Shown: positions 40,611 to 53,640 of the stretch, piece after piece
Layout: each line of letters begins with the position of its first letter
Numbering within the stretch: position 1 is the first letter of the stretch
Assembly (NCBI RefSeq): GCF_009914755.1
Contig: NC_060936.1
Length of the DNA: 64,000 nucleotides
DNA from: the human T2T-CHM13v2.0 reference genome, Homo sapiens
Strand: one strand, 5' to 3'
Program-made: the position numbers and the translations under genes
Notes under the pieces: generated by a model
The model's database searches: none
Seen by the model: only the letters and a program-made list of their open reading frames with translations
What the model was told of the DNA's origin: nothing

Positions 40611-40868
40611 TATACATTTTCTTCAATTTATGGGATGTTCATTTGAGAAAGTAACATTTATCCCAAAATTAAAATTGACATTAACCATCAGATTTAACCT
40701 CTTCGAGCCCTTTCAAATACTGTAGTATAATTCAAGGCAGCCATCCCTAATTCTTAGTATTTCAGTGGCTTATTTTAGATTGTATATTTTTCCAGCCTTT
40801 GATTTTGCCTTCCATAGGTTTATAGTAAAAAAGTCAACACATACAGTGAGGTTTAAAAATATGTATTT

Positions 40869-41000
40869 AGCTAATGGATACTGGGCTTAATGCCTGGGTG
40901 ATAAAATAATCTGTGCAGCAAACAACTATGGCACATGTTTACCTGTGTAACAAAGCACACATCATGCACATGTACCCAGAACTTAAAAGGTGGAAAAAAA
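40869..41000 (+). mobile_element. L1PB/PA extreme 3' end
   Basis: 'ctgggcttaatgcctgggtgat...ctgtgcagcaaac..tatggcacatgtttacctgtgtaacaaa'. Confidence 0.85.
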
Positions 41001-41469
41001 TTTTTTTAAGAAATTTAAAACTTTTAAAATGGTAAAAATATTTGCATTAATATCTTCAATAAAAGTAATTACTTAAGTCTTCAATAAAACTAATATATAT
41101 GTATAAAATAAATGAGGTTCAGTATCTCTACATATGTTTAATGGTCACTTTTATTTTCTCTTCAGAGAATAACATGTTATATGTTTATTATTCTACTGAG
41201 TTTTTAATTATTTTTACTCATTTCTAGGAGTACTTTATGAACCCTGAATATGAACCATATGCATTTAATAACTAATTGCTTTTAGTTTTTAAAATATATA
41301 TGAAAATACTTTGTGGAAGAAAGAATTATAGTGGAAAGTATCTGTGAGAAACCCCAGGGTGTGGATTTAAGGCTCGAGCTCCTTAAAGAAAATAAGACTA
41401 TAAAAAAACTAGACTTGTTTCTTATTATACTCGTGAAATGATTATAGGAAGAAATTTTGTGTCTTAACT

Positions 41470-44222
41470 CATCCACATCTGGCCCACTGCCATTACCACT
41501 AATGCCCAAGGAATGATCCACCTCATTTCCCAGTACCCAGCAAAGCCTCGTCACAGCCTTCACTAACTACTGCAGCCTAAGCTACTGAGAAACAAACAGA
41601 CACCACTGGTGCTGATTACAGCAGAAGAAATCATATGGAGAATACACTATTGCACCCATCCCTAATCAAAGCCAAAGTATCCTACTCAACCAACACTATA
41701 GATAAATCTGTAGGAAAAAGTTTTTCCCTGTGAAATCCAATCCTTAAAATTGAAAGATGCAACTGTTACAGCAAGTGCTTATATATCAACATAAGGACAC
41801 AAGAAACATGAAAAAGCAGTGAAACATGAGACCTCAAAAGGAACACAATGATTTTCCAATAATGAGTAAACACACACAAAAATCTATAAAATGCCTGAAA
41901 AATAATTCAAAATAATGAAAATAAATTAACTAATGAGATACAGGAGAACACAGATAAATAATGCAAAGAAATCAGAAAAACAACTCGTGATCTAAATGAA
42001 AAATCAACAAAGAGATAGATATCATAAAAAGAAGCAAACAGAAATCCCAGAACTGAAGAATTCAATGGTAAAAGTAACAAATACAACTGAGAGCTTCAGG
42101 AAGGATGAGATTAAGTAGAAGAGAAAAATTTCTGAACTTGAAGACAGGTGTTTTGAAATAATCTAGTCAGACCAGAAAAAAAAAAGGTAAAAGAGTATGA
42201 AAAAACAGGACATGATATATGACATATGGGCCTATGGGACACCATAAAGTGACCAATTATATGAATTTTGGGAATTCCAGAAAGAAGAGAGAAGGGCATA
42301 GAAAACCTATTTACAAAATAATAGCTGACAAACCTTTAAGTTTTGCAAGAGATATAAACATCCAAATACAGGAAGTTCAAAGATTCCGAAATAGTCTCAA
42401 TCCAAAAAGGTCTTTATAGCACAACATAGTCAAACTGTCAAAAGTCAGGGAGAATTCTAAAAACAGCAAGAAAAAAAGCATCCAGTCACATATAAGGGCA
42501 TCTCCATCAGACCAACATGGATTTTTCAACAGAAACTACACAGGCCAGGAGTGAATAGTATGATATATTCAAAGTGCTGCATAAAGAAGAAAAAAAACCT
42601 GCTAGCCAATAATACTATTCCCAGCAATGCTATCCTTCCAAAATGAAAACTGTATAAATAAAGTCTTCCCCAGACAAGGAAAAACAGGGAACTCATCTCC
42701 ATTAGACCAGTCATTAGGACTTAAATGCTTAAGGGAGTCATTAGGACTTCTGGGTAAAAACATGATATCTAATATAATGAAAACATACAAAAGTATAAAA
42801 CTCACTAGTAGAACTGATACACAAATGAAAGAGAAGGGAGTCAAAAGATATCACTACATAAACATACCAAATGGTAAAGCCAAACAATAAAAGAAAAAGG
42901 GACAAAGGATATACAAGACAAAACAATTAACAAAATGACAGAAGTAGCCCTCACCTATCAGTAACATCCTAGAATGTAAATGGTTGAAATTTCTCAATTA
43001 AAAGATATGGACTGGCTGAATAGATTTATAAAAACAACAACAACAACTATATGCTGCCTATAAGAAATACACTTCCCCTGCAAAGATACACATTGACTGA
43101 AAGTGAAGGGATGAAATAAAAAGTTTCACACAAATGGAAAACAAAAGCGTGCAGGAACAACTATAGTTACATCAGACAAAATAGACTTTAAGTAAAAAAT
43201 ATATGAACACATATGTCCCACTATATGAAATAGTGACTAAAAATCAATACAATCATTAAACAAAATACTTTTTATAAAGATGAAATTGATAAACTACTAG
43301 CTAGACTAACCATGACAAAGAAGACTCAAAGTAGAAAATGTAAAAGGACGTATTACAATTGATAGTACAGAAATACAAAGATCGCTGGAGACTATTACAG
43401 GCAACTATACCCTAACAAGTTGGAAAAAGAGCAAATGGATACATTCCTGGACACATACAACCTTCCAAGACTGAACCAGGAAGAAATAGAAAAACTAAAC
43501 AGACCAATACTAAGTAATGAGGATGAGTTAGTAAACAATGTGAAGGTTTCTCCGAACTCTAAAATTAAAGTAAAATATGATCCAGCAATTCCACTACTGG
43601 ATATTTATCCAAAGGAAAGGAAATCAGCATATCAAAGGGATACCTGCACCTCCATGTCTATTGCAGCACTATTAACAATAGCCAAAATATGGAATCAACC
43701 TAAGTATCCATTAATGGATGAAGGGATAAAGAAAATGTGGTATATATATACAATGGTAAACCGTTAAGCCATTAAAAGTCTTTTGCAGCAACATGGTGGA
43801 AATTGAAGGTTATTATGTTAAGTGAAATAAGCCAAGAGCAGAAACGAAAATATCACATGTTCTCACTCATATGAAGGAGCTTAGAAAGTTGATGTCATGG
43901 AGGTAGAAAGTGGAATAATGGCTACCAAAGGCTGGGAAAGGTAGGAGGTGGTGAAGAGTGATTAGTTATTGGGTAAAAACAAACAGGAGGAGTAAGTTCT
44001 AGTGTTTGATAACACAGTAGGGTGACTATAGTTAACAGTATTTTGTTATATATTTCAAAATAGCTAGAAGACTTACAATGTTCCCAACACAAATAAATGA
44101 TAAATGTTTGAGGTGATGGATATCTTAAATCCTCTGATGTGATCATTACATATTGTATGCAGGTATTAAAATATCACATGTACTCCATAAATATGTACAA
44201 TTATTATGTATCAATAAAAATA
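41470..44222 (+). mobile_element. L1MA-type LINE with 5' UTR remnant, decayed ORF1, internally deleted ORF2 and 3' UTR
   Basis: ORF1 remnant (DINIQIQEVQR..NPKRS); EN start near 42935; '[24 protein letters not shown]' joined to C-terminal '[28 protein letters not shown]'; L1MA 3' UTR to 'tatcaataaaaa'. Confidence 0.9.
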
Positions 44223-44524
44223 TTTTAACACCCCAAAATATGAGGAAAGAGATGGTTTCAGAAGCAAGAGGCTTCAATAACCCATGAACTAAAGAAGTCA
44301 AAATGAGTAACTGGAAATAAGGTATACTTAAAATTCATGATTACAAAGTTAAAAATAGATTACTGTTGCTTAACAACATGATTTAGATTTGTAACCTGAG
44401 AGAAGAAACACAATTATCAGTAAAATATGTGAATTTTTCAATAGTAATTTTTATAAACTATTAATTACGTTATCTATTTTCTTTTCTTTCCTATTTGCAA
44501 ATTGCTTTTCAAGAATCCAAAATC

Positions 44525-44839
44525 TGTCCAGGTGTGGTGGCTCTTGCCTGTAATTCCAGCACTTTGGGAGGTCAAGGCAGGCGAATTGTTTGAGCCCAGG
44601 AGTTGGAGATCAGCCTGGGCAACATGGTGAAACCCTATCTCTACTAAAAAAAAAAATACAAAAAATTAGCCGGGCACGGTGGAGCATGCTTGTGGTCCCA
44701 GCTACTGGGGAGGCTGAGATGGGAGAATCCCCTGAGCCCAGGAACTCAAGGCAGCAGTGAGCCATGATCTCATCACCACTGCAGTCCACAGTCCAGCCTG
44801 GGCGATGGGAGTGAGACCCTGTCTCCAAAAAAAAAAAAA
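44525..44839 (+). mobile_element. AluJ
   Basis: 'ttgagcccaggagtt', 'aaggcagcagtgagccatgat'; TSD aagaatccaaaatc at 44511 and 44840. Confidence 0.93.
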
Positions 44840-45749
44840 AAGAATCCAAAATCAAAATGTATCCTCTGCATTTTACAGAATTACAAATTTCTTAATGCAT
44901 TCTCAAATCCATTGGAGATACTAAATTTAATGTGCTTAGTAGGTAAACCTTAATTGCTCATACAATTAAAATAATTTTATGTTGCAAAATATTAAGAATG
45001 TCTAGAACAGTTTTTCAAATGTTGTCTAATATCTGTAATACTTCATAACAATTTATCCTGGCATGAAAGCAATAAAGTTGTAAAAAATGAGAGTTGATTT
45101 ATTTTTAAGCCCATAAATATTGTCTTTCTTTACAGTGTAGTAACAAGATCCCAACTGGCTTGGACATAAGTATTCAATAAATATTTGCAGCATGATTTAT
45201 CTCTAATTATAAATTTTATGTGCTAAATGAAGTGAAATAGAAATTTTGAGAATGCTGAATTAATTATACAAACAGAGCAGAAAATAATGTGGCTTTTAAA
45301 GTGTAATTGTGATAACTGGCCTTTCATTTGACATTTTTAAGCTGACCTGGCAATGCTGAGATCATCCACAAATATTTATTCAGTGCCCATTATTTAATCT
45401 GCATTGTGATTGGAGCTTAAAAATTTCACTTGTAAAGTTTTGGGTAATATAGCTCTTTTCTATCTGGTTCTCTTTATCTCTTGCTTAGACTAGACTATTG
45501 CAATAACTTTTCACTCTAATTTTTCCCTAAAATAAAGTCCAAAACATTAAATGTTCTCTGCAATGTGGCACCAACCTACCTAAGAATAATGTTTTATGTA
45601 GTAATATCCTATATTACTCTCATGATGTACTATATTTCTTAAATATATGCCATGTAAACTTTTGTACATTAGTTAAAAACTCTCCCCTCTGCTGAAAATG
45701 ACATTCTGCTTGCTACTTCTGCCTTTTGGATAAGCTCAGAGTGCCTACC

Positions 45750-46506
45750 ACGTTGAAAATTGGAACAAAGCAGGCTTGGGAGAAGATAGGTTGGACGAAT
45801 CCATAAAAAGATGAGTCCTTGATAGGGTACTGCAAACAAATACTACTACCAACACCAGCATCCTCAAAATTTCTATTATGGCATAACCAGGGTCTTTTCA
45901 GAGGAGTCTGTGTTGGGGTCAATGAATGGCAACAATTGTTACAGAGTAGTTTTTGAAAGCAGTCCCATGGATTTAACTTATGAGGCTAATGAAAGCAACA
46001 TCACAGAAAAACAGTTAGGATCTGGACAATGGACTCCAGGAGTCAACTGACTAGGGTTAAAGTAAGATAGGGAAGCTACAGCTAGATTCTCTTCCAGAAA
46101 TTCTGGGGAGGAGGAGTGTGAACAGCAGGCCACATCATTTTCAAATTCCTCTCGTTGGTGGTGAGGAACCTCCTAATTCAGTGTCCATACCGTCTTGCTG
46201 GTTGAGTTAAGGGGGAGACTGTGCCTGTAGATTAGCAACTTTTTATGAACTATTCCTATAGATTAGCAAATTATTACTTCTAACCACTATGAGCACCTGT
46301 CTGCCAGGAGTTGCACCATCCTTCAAGGATTTCAACTGAAAACTATTTCCTTTAGTTTCCTGGGTTTAATCTGCTTATCTTCTGTACTCTCCATAGAATG
46401 TATTGCTGTAACTCTTTTTTGTCACCTGATATGGTCAGCTTTGTAACAGAATAAATCATGTGCCTTCAGATCAGCTTCTCCTCCTCCCCAGTACCTTGCC
46501 CGTACA
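45750..46506 (+). mobile_element. Probable ancient Gypsy-like LTR retrotransposon remnant (3' internal region, PPT, LTR 46220-46506)
   Basis: PPT 'aagggggaga' at 46209 just before TG at 46220; AATAAA at 46450; CA end at 46506; upstream open frame KYYYQHQHPQNFYYG..VF resembles a Gypsy integrase C-terminus. Confidence 0.45.
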
Positions 46507-48208
46507 TGTCTTTTAAGTATAACTGGCTGTGTGAAATGCATTAAAGACGTGAAGGAAGAATAGGGTAGTTTTCTTTTTTTCTTGGCGGTATTTTCCTATT
46601 ACCTTGATGGCTTATATTTAAGGCTTTAGGCTCCAGTATGTCTTCCATCCTTGCTAAGATAGATGGGAGAAAGACAAATCTTTTATTGCTTTATTTCAAT
46701 AAAATTTGCAGATTCACACCTGAGGATTTACTCTTCTATTTTTAGGCTTCTTTCACCCTCTGAATGCTAGGTGAACAACTTGCTGCTCATTAAACAGATT
46801 GTACATTAAAAACTATAGAGTACAAGAGCAGAAATATCATACATTTGGTGATAATTAGTAGTGTTCATTTCCTCACTAAGTACTAGGGCATACCACACTG
46901 TTTCCATAGCAACTTCTATTCTGTTCAATTAACTGCCTAATGTGAATATATGAATAAGTTTCTGTGTTTAAGGAGAAACCCCCAAACAACAGGGTGATTT
47001 AAGAGTTTGCAGTTACAGATGTAAGCATGTCAAGTTTACCTTATTTTCTACTTTATTTTTGGAAATACATTTTTGATGTTTTTAGGTTCTGGACATAACT
47101 ATTGGTGAAGCTGAATAAATTTTAATGAATTTCTAAATGGCCTACTGAACCAGATTCTCCCAGTCCCTCAGCTACTCCCTGGTTGTAAATTATGCAAATG
47201 TACAAGCTGCCTTAACTCTTTCAGGACACCAGGGTACCATTTGGCAAGTAGCTACTCCAGGGAACAAATCCATCATGGAAAAAGAAAAAAAGAAAGAAAA
47301 GAAACAAAGACCATTTTATAGCGATTAAATCAGTGTTGCTTTAATTTGTAAAATGTCCCTGGAAAGCAAAATTGGCATTATGTTAATCTTTTGGAAAAAA
47401 AAAAAAAAGCTTAGATCTCATTAGCAGAGTCTCAGAAACTGTGGCTGACAACATGCTATAGAGGAGACAGCAATGCCTTTGGAGTCAGAGATCCAAGTTC
47501 AAATCAAAGCCACTCCACAAAGAAGCTGAGACTGAAAACACCAGTTTCCCCTTCTGTGGGAATGATAATAATATTGACATTGACATTCTCACTCTGTGCC
47601 ACCCCTTCACATGGATTATGTCAGAGGCAAAAAACCTTATTAAATTGTCAGCATTCAACCATTTTTAACCTTAAAAATAGTAATCTAATACAATTCAGCT
47701 TCATAGAAGGGAGAGACACTGGGGCACAGAGAGGTCAAGCAAGAGATCTAATGTCACAAGATCCATCAGTGGTATACCAGGGCCTATTCCACTTTCCTAA
47801 ACCACCAAAATGTACTGTTTGCCTAAATAACCCATGTTGCCTGGCACATTGCAGGCACCCGGAAATCATTAGTACCTTTTCCTTTTCCAGTCATTGACTG
47901 GGTAGTGGTAGAATATACACGTGAACAGAGTTATGGGCAGCTGCCCTGGTATTTATTGCTTTTTCAATTCAGAGCTTCATGGAAGGATTGAGTTGAGGTG
48001 GGTTCATATTCAGAAAATTGTTTTATATCCTACTCTTTCCATTGAGAGACATAACTTGGATGCTTAATCATGCTATTCTTCTGCTTATCTAGCTACAATC
48101 AGAATGGTGATGTTTGCATGTTTTTCCCAAGGGGTTGTGAGAAAAAATGAAGCATGCTTTTGATGTTCTTTGTAAAAAAGTTTAATATTAATATATATAT
48201 CACCAATC

Positions 48209-48570
48209 TGTATTAGCCCGTTTTCACACTGGTGGTAAACACATGCCCAAGACTGGGAAGAAAAAGAGGTTTAGTGGACTCAGAGTTCCACGTGGCTGGG
48301 GAGGCCTTTCAATCATGGCGGATGGCAAGGAGGAACAAGTGATGTCATACGTGGATGGCGGCAGGCAAAGATAGATAGCTTGTGCAGGAGAACTCCTCTT
48401 TATAAAACCATCAGATCTAGTGAGACTTATCACTGTCACAAGAACATCAGGGCAAAGACCCACCCCCATGATTCATTTACCTCCCATTCGGTCCCTCCCA
48501 CGACACGTGGGAATTGTGGGAGCTACAATTCAAGATGAGATTTGAGAGGGGACACAGCCAAACCATATCA
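48209..48570 (-). mobile_element. THE1B solo LTR
   Basis: tgtattag...aaaccatatca; 'gcaaggaggaacaagt..cgtggatggcggcaggcaaaga..gcttgtgcagg'. Confidence 0.94.
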
Positions 48571-50829
48571 CTGTCAAATGTTTATTATTGTTACTATCTT
48601 TACTGGGTAAGTCAAGGACACAGTTCTGAAATCTGTCTCTTATACTACTATAATAGTAATGAGACTTTTAAAAGTAATACACCAATTTTTGTCTTTTTTC
48701 TTATTCTATCAATTTATATGTATATTGATTTTTAAATAAGGCAGGTATAAGCGTTTTTAGATAATTATATAGTGGATGTGGCAAATACAGAGATATATCA
48801 TAATTTAAAATCTTTACTAATGTTTAGCCTTGTGCCTGATAGGTACCTAGAAATGTTAACTATTATTGCAACTGGTCTTCTCTTTCATATAACACTGACT
48901 TGAACAAAATTATTTTTCAAGATATTTGCAATTTTGATTTAGGGGTTCATATTCAGAGATAAATGAAAAAATGTTTCTATTAGAGTATACTCAGTTATTA
49001 GGTGAATTTTAATGATTTTTAGATAATATGCTAGGTAGAACATTGAATACTTTACAAGTATTATCTAATTATATTCTCACAATATTCCTAAAAGTTGTGT
49101 GTTCTATTATCTCCATTTAGTAACTTAAGTTAGATTGCAACTATAATACTCCTGTAAATCCGTAAATATTTGACTATATTTTTCACTTAAGCAGAATCGT
49201 TTCAAAGATTAATCATCATTACCATAATTAGACTCTTAAACACTTAGTGTTTTCATAATACTCATTGTTAAAGCAAATATATACCTAATGTAAAATAACG
49301 TTATTTTCCTGAAGCTAATCTATAATTGTATATCAAGTGTTATTCTTGATGGATACATTAAATGAATAGCTAAAACGGGCATTTTTCCCTTAAAATGAAC
49401 ATTCCAATGAGATTCATAAAGTTATTTATTAAAGAACTGTATATTGTATTGACACTTGTGCCAGAAATACGGTCTAAAAGATCTCAGACAGTTTCAAAAT
49501 ATTAAATAGTTCACTTAAAATATTTAAGGAAAAAACAAAACCAACTTAAATCCAAAAAAATACTATTTTATGTTAGCAGTGAAGTTGGTAATAGTAAATA
49601 ATTGTTAGCAATGAGTTATTTTTAAAGTATTAGATAATTCTTCTTGTAAATATGAAGTTCAAAGTCGAGACATTTCAACCATACACTACAATATTACTGA
49701 TCGAGTTTGGGAAGAGTGTTAAAATATACTCACTTTATTTGGAAAACGTATTATTAGAATGCTAATTAAAATTGCATCGAATTCATGTATTTATTTTGGA
49801 CAATGTAACATTTTCGTGTTAAATTCTCCAATGTTAGAATATAAAATGTGTTTCTAATTGTTCAGATCTTATTTTATATTCTTCAAAACATTTTGGTGTT
49901 TTATTTCTTGAATCCTACCTTCTCTCATTAAATTTATCAGTAAGTGTTTAATAAATTTATTGCTAAAGTAAATGGAATATTTCTATTTCCATTTTTTATA
50001 TTTTTGTGTGTATTTTAATCTTGTTTCCAACCACCTTGGCAAATCTCCCATTTTTTTTTTTTACCAGAGTCCTTTGGGATTTTGAGAACATTAAAATGAA
50101 GACACTGTTAAATAGCTTAACTGGTCCCTGACATAAAGCAGGTGCTCAGTAAACAGTGGCTCTTTTAATAACTTCTGATTGTACTTTCAGACTGCGTTGT
50201 CCTTATCTATGGATCATCCTCACCAGCATTCATTGCAGGCTTTGCTACTTTATGATTTAAGCAGTTCATCTTAATTTTTCTGCAATTATATTAGTTGATT
50301 TTACATAGAAGGTAATTTTTGATAATATTTTGAAGTAGCCTATGTAATAATTTCTTTGTTTTAAATGGTGTCATATCATAAACATTACTACAAGGGACCA
50401 ACTGCAGGTTAATCTTAGTTTGGGACCACAGTCAGTTGTAAGCAAGATGGTTATAAAAAATGTTGAAAAAGAGACATTCTTCCTTTTGTAGCATCTTGCA
50501 AGAACATTTATATTTTAATATGTAAAACATGAAACTTCATAGTGTAAAATTTTAGAACAGGTGTCGCCTATTTCCATTTTGAAATTTCCTTAAAAATATA
50601 TCTGTGCATATTAATGATGGGAGTTCTATGTTCTAGTCTTATGTATTAAAAAAATTCAGTGGTAATTTTTTTAATTCTTATTTTTAACAGTAATTTTTTA
50701 AAAATGTATTATCTATATGACTGATAAATTTAATAAGATGAAAGTCTAAAAGGAAAACAATGAGAAAATATATCATTTATATTTAAGGATTTATGAATAG
50801 TGAGCTTCATATTGTAACTCTAGCAAGTG

Positions 50830-51284
<455 letters not shown>

Positions 51285-51614
51285 TCTAGCAAATATTATT
51301 TGAAGGACAAATTTGCCTTCTAAAAGAAGGGAATGTTTTATGTAAGATGAGAAATGTAATAAGTTGGGTAAATATATGTAGATAAACTTTTCTCCTGAAA
51401 TCTTTATATGTTTTTAAAGGTATATTCTATGTTTTGTGTCAACAGCAATATATGATTAAAATATAAAATACGGGGGATGTTTTCAGATGTCTTAAGTCTT
51501 CATAACAATGAGCTTTACTTGGAACTTCCTGATAAATTGGGACTGATTAATTTATCTGGCTTACTGAAGAGGCACCTTAAAAATTAATTAAAGAGCATTT
51601 TACTGTAAAAACTA

Positions 51615-51870
51615 ATAATAACAGCTAACATTTATTGAGCACTTACTATGGTCTAGACTCTGCTATAAATATTATCCTTAAATTACTTCATTTAATCTTC
51701 TAAAAAAAACCGCTGTGAGGTAGGAACAATTAGAATTCCTATTTTGAAGATGAGAAAATTAAAGCTCTGTGAAACAAAATAAACTTCCCAAAGTAACAGA
51801 GTTAATATAAAGCAAGTACAATACTTGAATCTTAGTTGAATTCCAAAGTCAGCCTCTTACTCTCCATATT
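51615..51870 (-). mobile_element. MIR
   Basis: 'aacagctaacatttattgagcacttactatg...tgtgaggtagg...attttgaagatgagaaaattaaagct'. Confidence 0.8.
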
Positions 51871-51967
51871 ATAAAAAAAGTAGCAGAATTAATTTTTCTT
51901 TAAAAACATTCAACCAGTTTATAAGCATACAGGAATGACTTAATTGCTTTAATAAGTAAAGTAAATC

Positions 51968-53090
51968 CAAAAGAAGACATTTATGCGACCAGCAAACATA
52001 TTATAAAAAGCTCATCATCACTGGTCATTAGAGAAATGCAAATCAAAACCACAATGAGATACCATCTCACGCCAGTTAGAATGGCGATCGTTAAAAAGTC
52101 AGGAAACAGGCCAGGCACGGTGGCTCATGCCTGTAATCACAGCACTTTGGCAGGCCAAGGCTCCCAGGATCATGAGGTCAGGAGATCGAGACCATCCTGG
52201 CTAACATAGCAAAACCCCGGCTCTACCAAAAATACAAAAAATTAGCCAGGCGTGGTGGTGGGCGCCTGTAGTCCCAGCTACTCAGGAGGCTGAGGCAGGA
52301 GAATGACGTCTACCTGGAGGCAGAGGTTGCAGTGAGCCGAGATTGCACCACTGCACTCTGGCCTGGGCAGCAGTGCCAGACACCGTCTCAAAAAAAAAAA
52401 AAAAAAAAAGTTAGGAAACAACAGATACTGAAGAGGATGTGGAGAAATAAGAATGCTTTTACACTGTTGGTGGGAGTGTAAATTAGTTCAACCATTGTGG
52501 AAGACAGTGGGGCGATTCCTCAAGGATCTAGAACTAGAAATACCATTTGACCCAGCAATCCCATTACTGGGTATATACCCAAAGGATTATAAATCATTCT
52601 ACTATAAAGACACATGGACACATATGTTTTTTGCAGCATTCACAATAGCAAAGACTTGGAACCAACCCAAATGTCCATTAATGATAGACTGGATAAAGAA
52701 AATGTGGCACATATACATAGAGTACTATGCAGCCATGAAAAAGAATGAGTTGCTGTCCTTTGCAGGGACATGGATGAGGCTGAAAACCATCATTCTCAGC
52801 AAACTAACACAAGAACAGAAAACCAAACACCGTATGTGCTCACTCATAAGTGGGAGTCAAACCATGAGAACACATGGACACAGGGAGGGGAACATCACAC
52901 ACTGGGGCCTGTTGGGGGGTGGGGGCTTAGGAGAGGGATAGCATTAGGAGAAATACCTAATATAGATGATGGGTTGATGGTTGCAGCAAACCACCATGGC
53001 ACATGTATACCTGTGTAACAAACCTGCACATTCTACACATGTATCCCAGAACTTAAAGTATAATAAAAAAAGGAAAAATAAATAAATAAG
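51968..53090 (+). mobile_element. L1PA7/8-like 3' fragment (ORF2 C-terminus plus 3' UTR)
   Basis: ORF 52453-52941 'LLHCWWECKLVQPLWKTV.RFLKDLELEIPFDPAIPLLGIYPKDYKS' is the L1 ORF2 C-terminus; canonical 3' UTR and tail. Confidence 0.95.
52109..52404 (+). mobile_element. AluY/Sc8-like inserted in the L1PA
   Basis: 'gagatcgagaccatcctggctaac'; TSD aaaaagt(c/t)aggaaaca at a tt|aaaa endonuclease site. Confidence 0.94.
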
Positions 53091-53144
53091 TCTAATAAAT
53101 GTTTGACTTTGGGAGATTATTAATGCTTGTGACAAAAAAAAAAT

Positions 53145-53196
53145 GACCATAGCAATTTGCTATGGTCCACAGCAAAAAATTGACCATAGAATTTGC
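53145..53196. repeat. 23-bp palindrome plus a direct re-copy
   Basis: gaccatagcaa-t-ttgctatggtc (53145-53167), then tgaccatag-aatttgc (53181-53196). Confidence 0.9.
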
Positions 53197-53424
53197 AAAC
53201 CATCACTGAGGTGTAAAAATTATTTATGAAACTTTACTTGCAATTTTAAAGATTAAGTGTTTATTATAGTATTAGGGGAAAATATCCCCATGATCAGGAA
53301 AATTGCAGAAATTCTTTACTTCTTTGTCTTCAGGGCTAAACTGAACATAATTTCTAATACTGAAACATAATATAAATGTTTCAAAGATACGTATTTTTAA
53401 AGTTATTTTTATCATATAGATATA

Positions 53425-53640
53425 TAAGCAGCTACTATGTGCAAGTAATTGTCCTAAACACGTTATAAATATTAGCTTATTTAATCCTCATATTCACCCC
53501 ATGGAGTAGGCATTATTATTATCCCCATTTTACAGAAGTGGAAATGAGGCATAAAAATTAGCTCCTATTTAAATAGCTAGCAAGTACAGCTTTTGAATTT
53601 ACATCTAAGCTAATTCCAGAGTCTATGCTAAATGCTGCCT
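53425..53640 (-). mobile_element. MIR
   Basis: 'tttaatcctcat..caccccatggagtaggcattattattatccccattttacagaagtggaaatgaggc'. Confidence 0.82.

Noticed and set aside
42709-42749. Small direct repeats (agtcattaggactt x2; similar ones near 17084, 26918, 32599, 41053, 59494)
   Set aside because: Common short slippage duplications with no further structure.
45756-45770. 'aaaattggaac' resembling U6 snRNA
   Set aside because: Only ~11 nt match, and the flanks do not follow U6.
52453-52941. Longest ORF, 162 aa
   Set aside because: C-terminal fragment of L1 ORF2 running into the 3' UTR of a 5'-truncated, Alu-interrupted L1PA.
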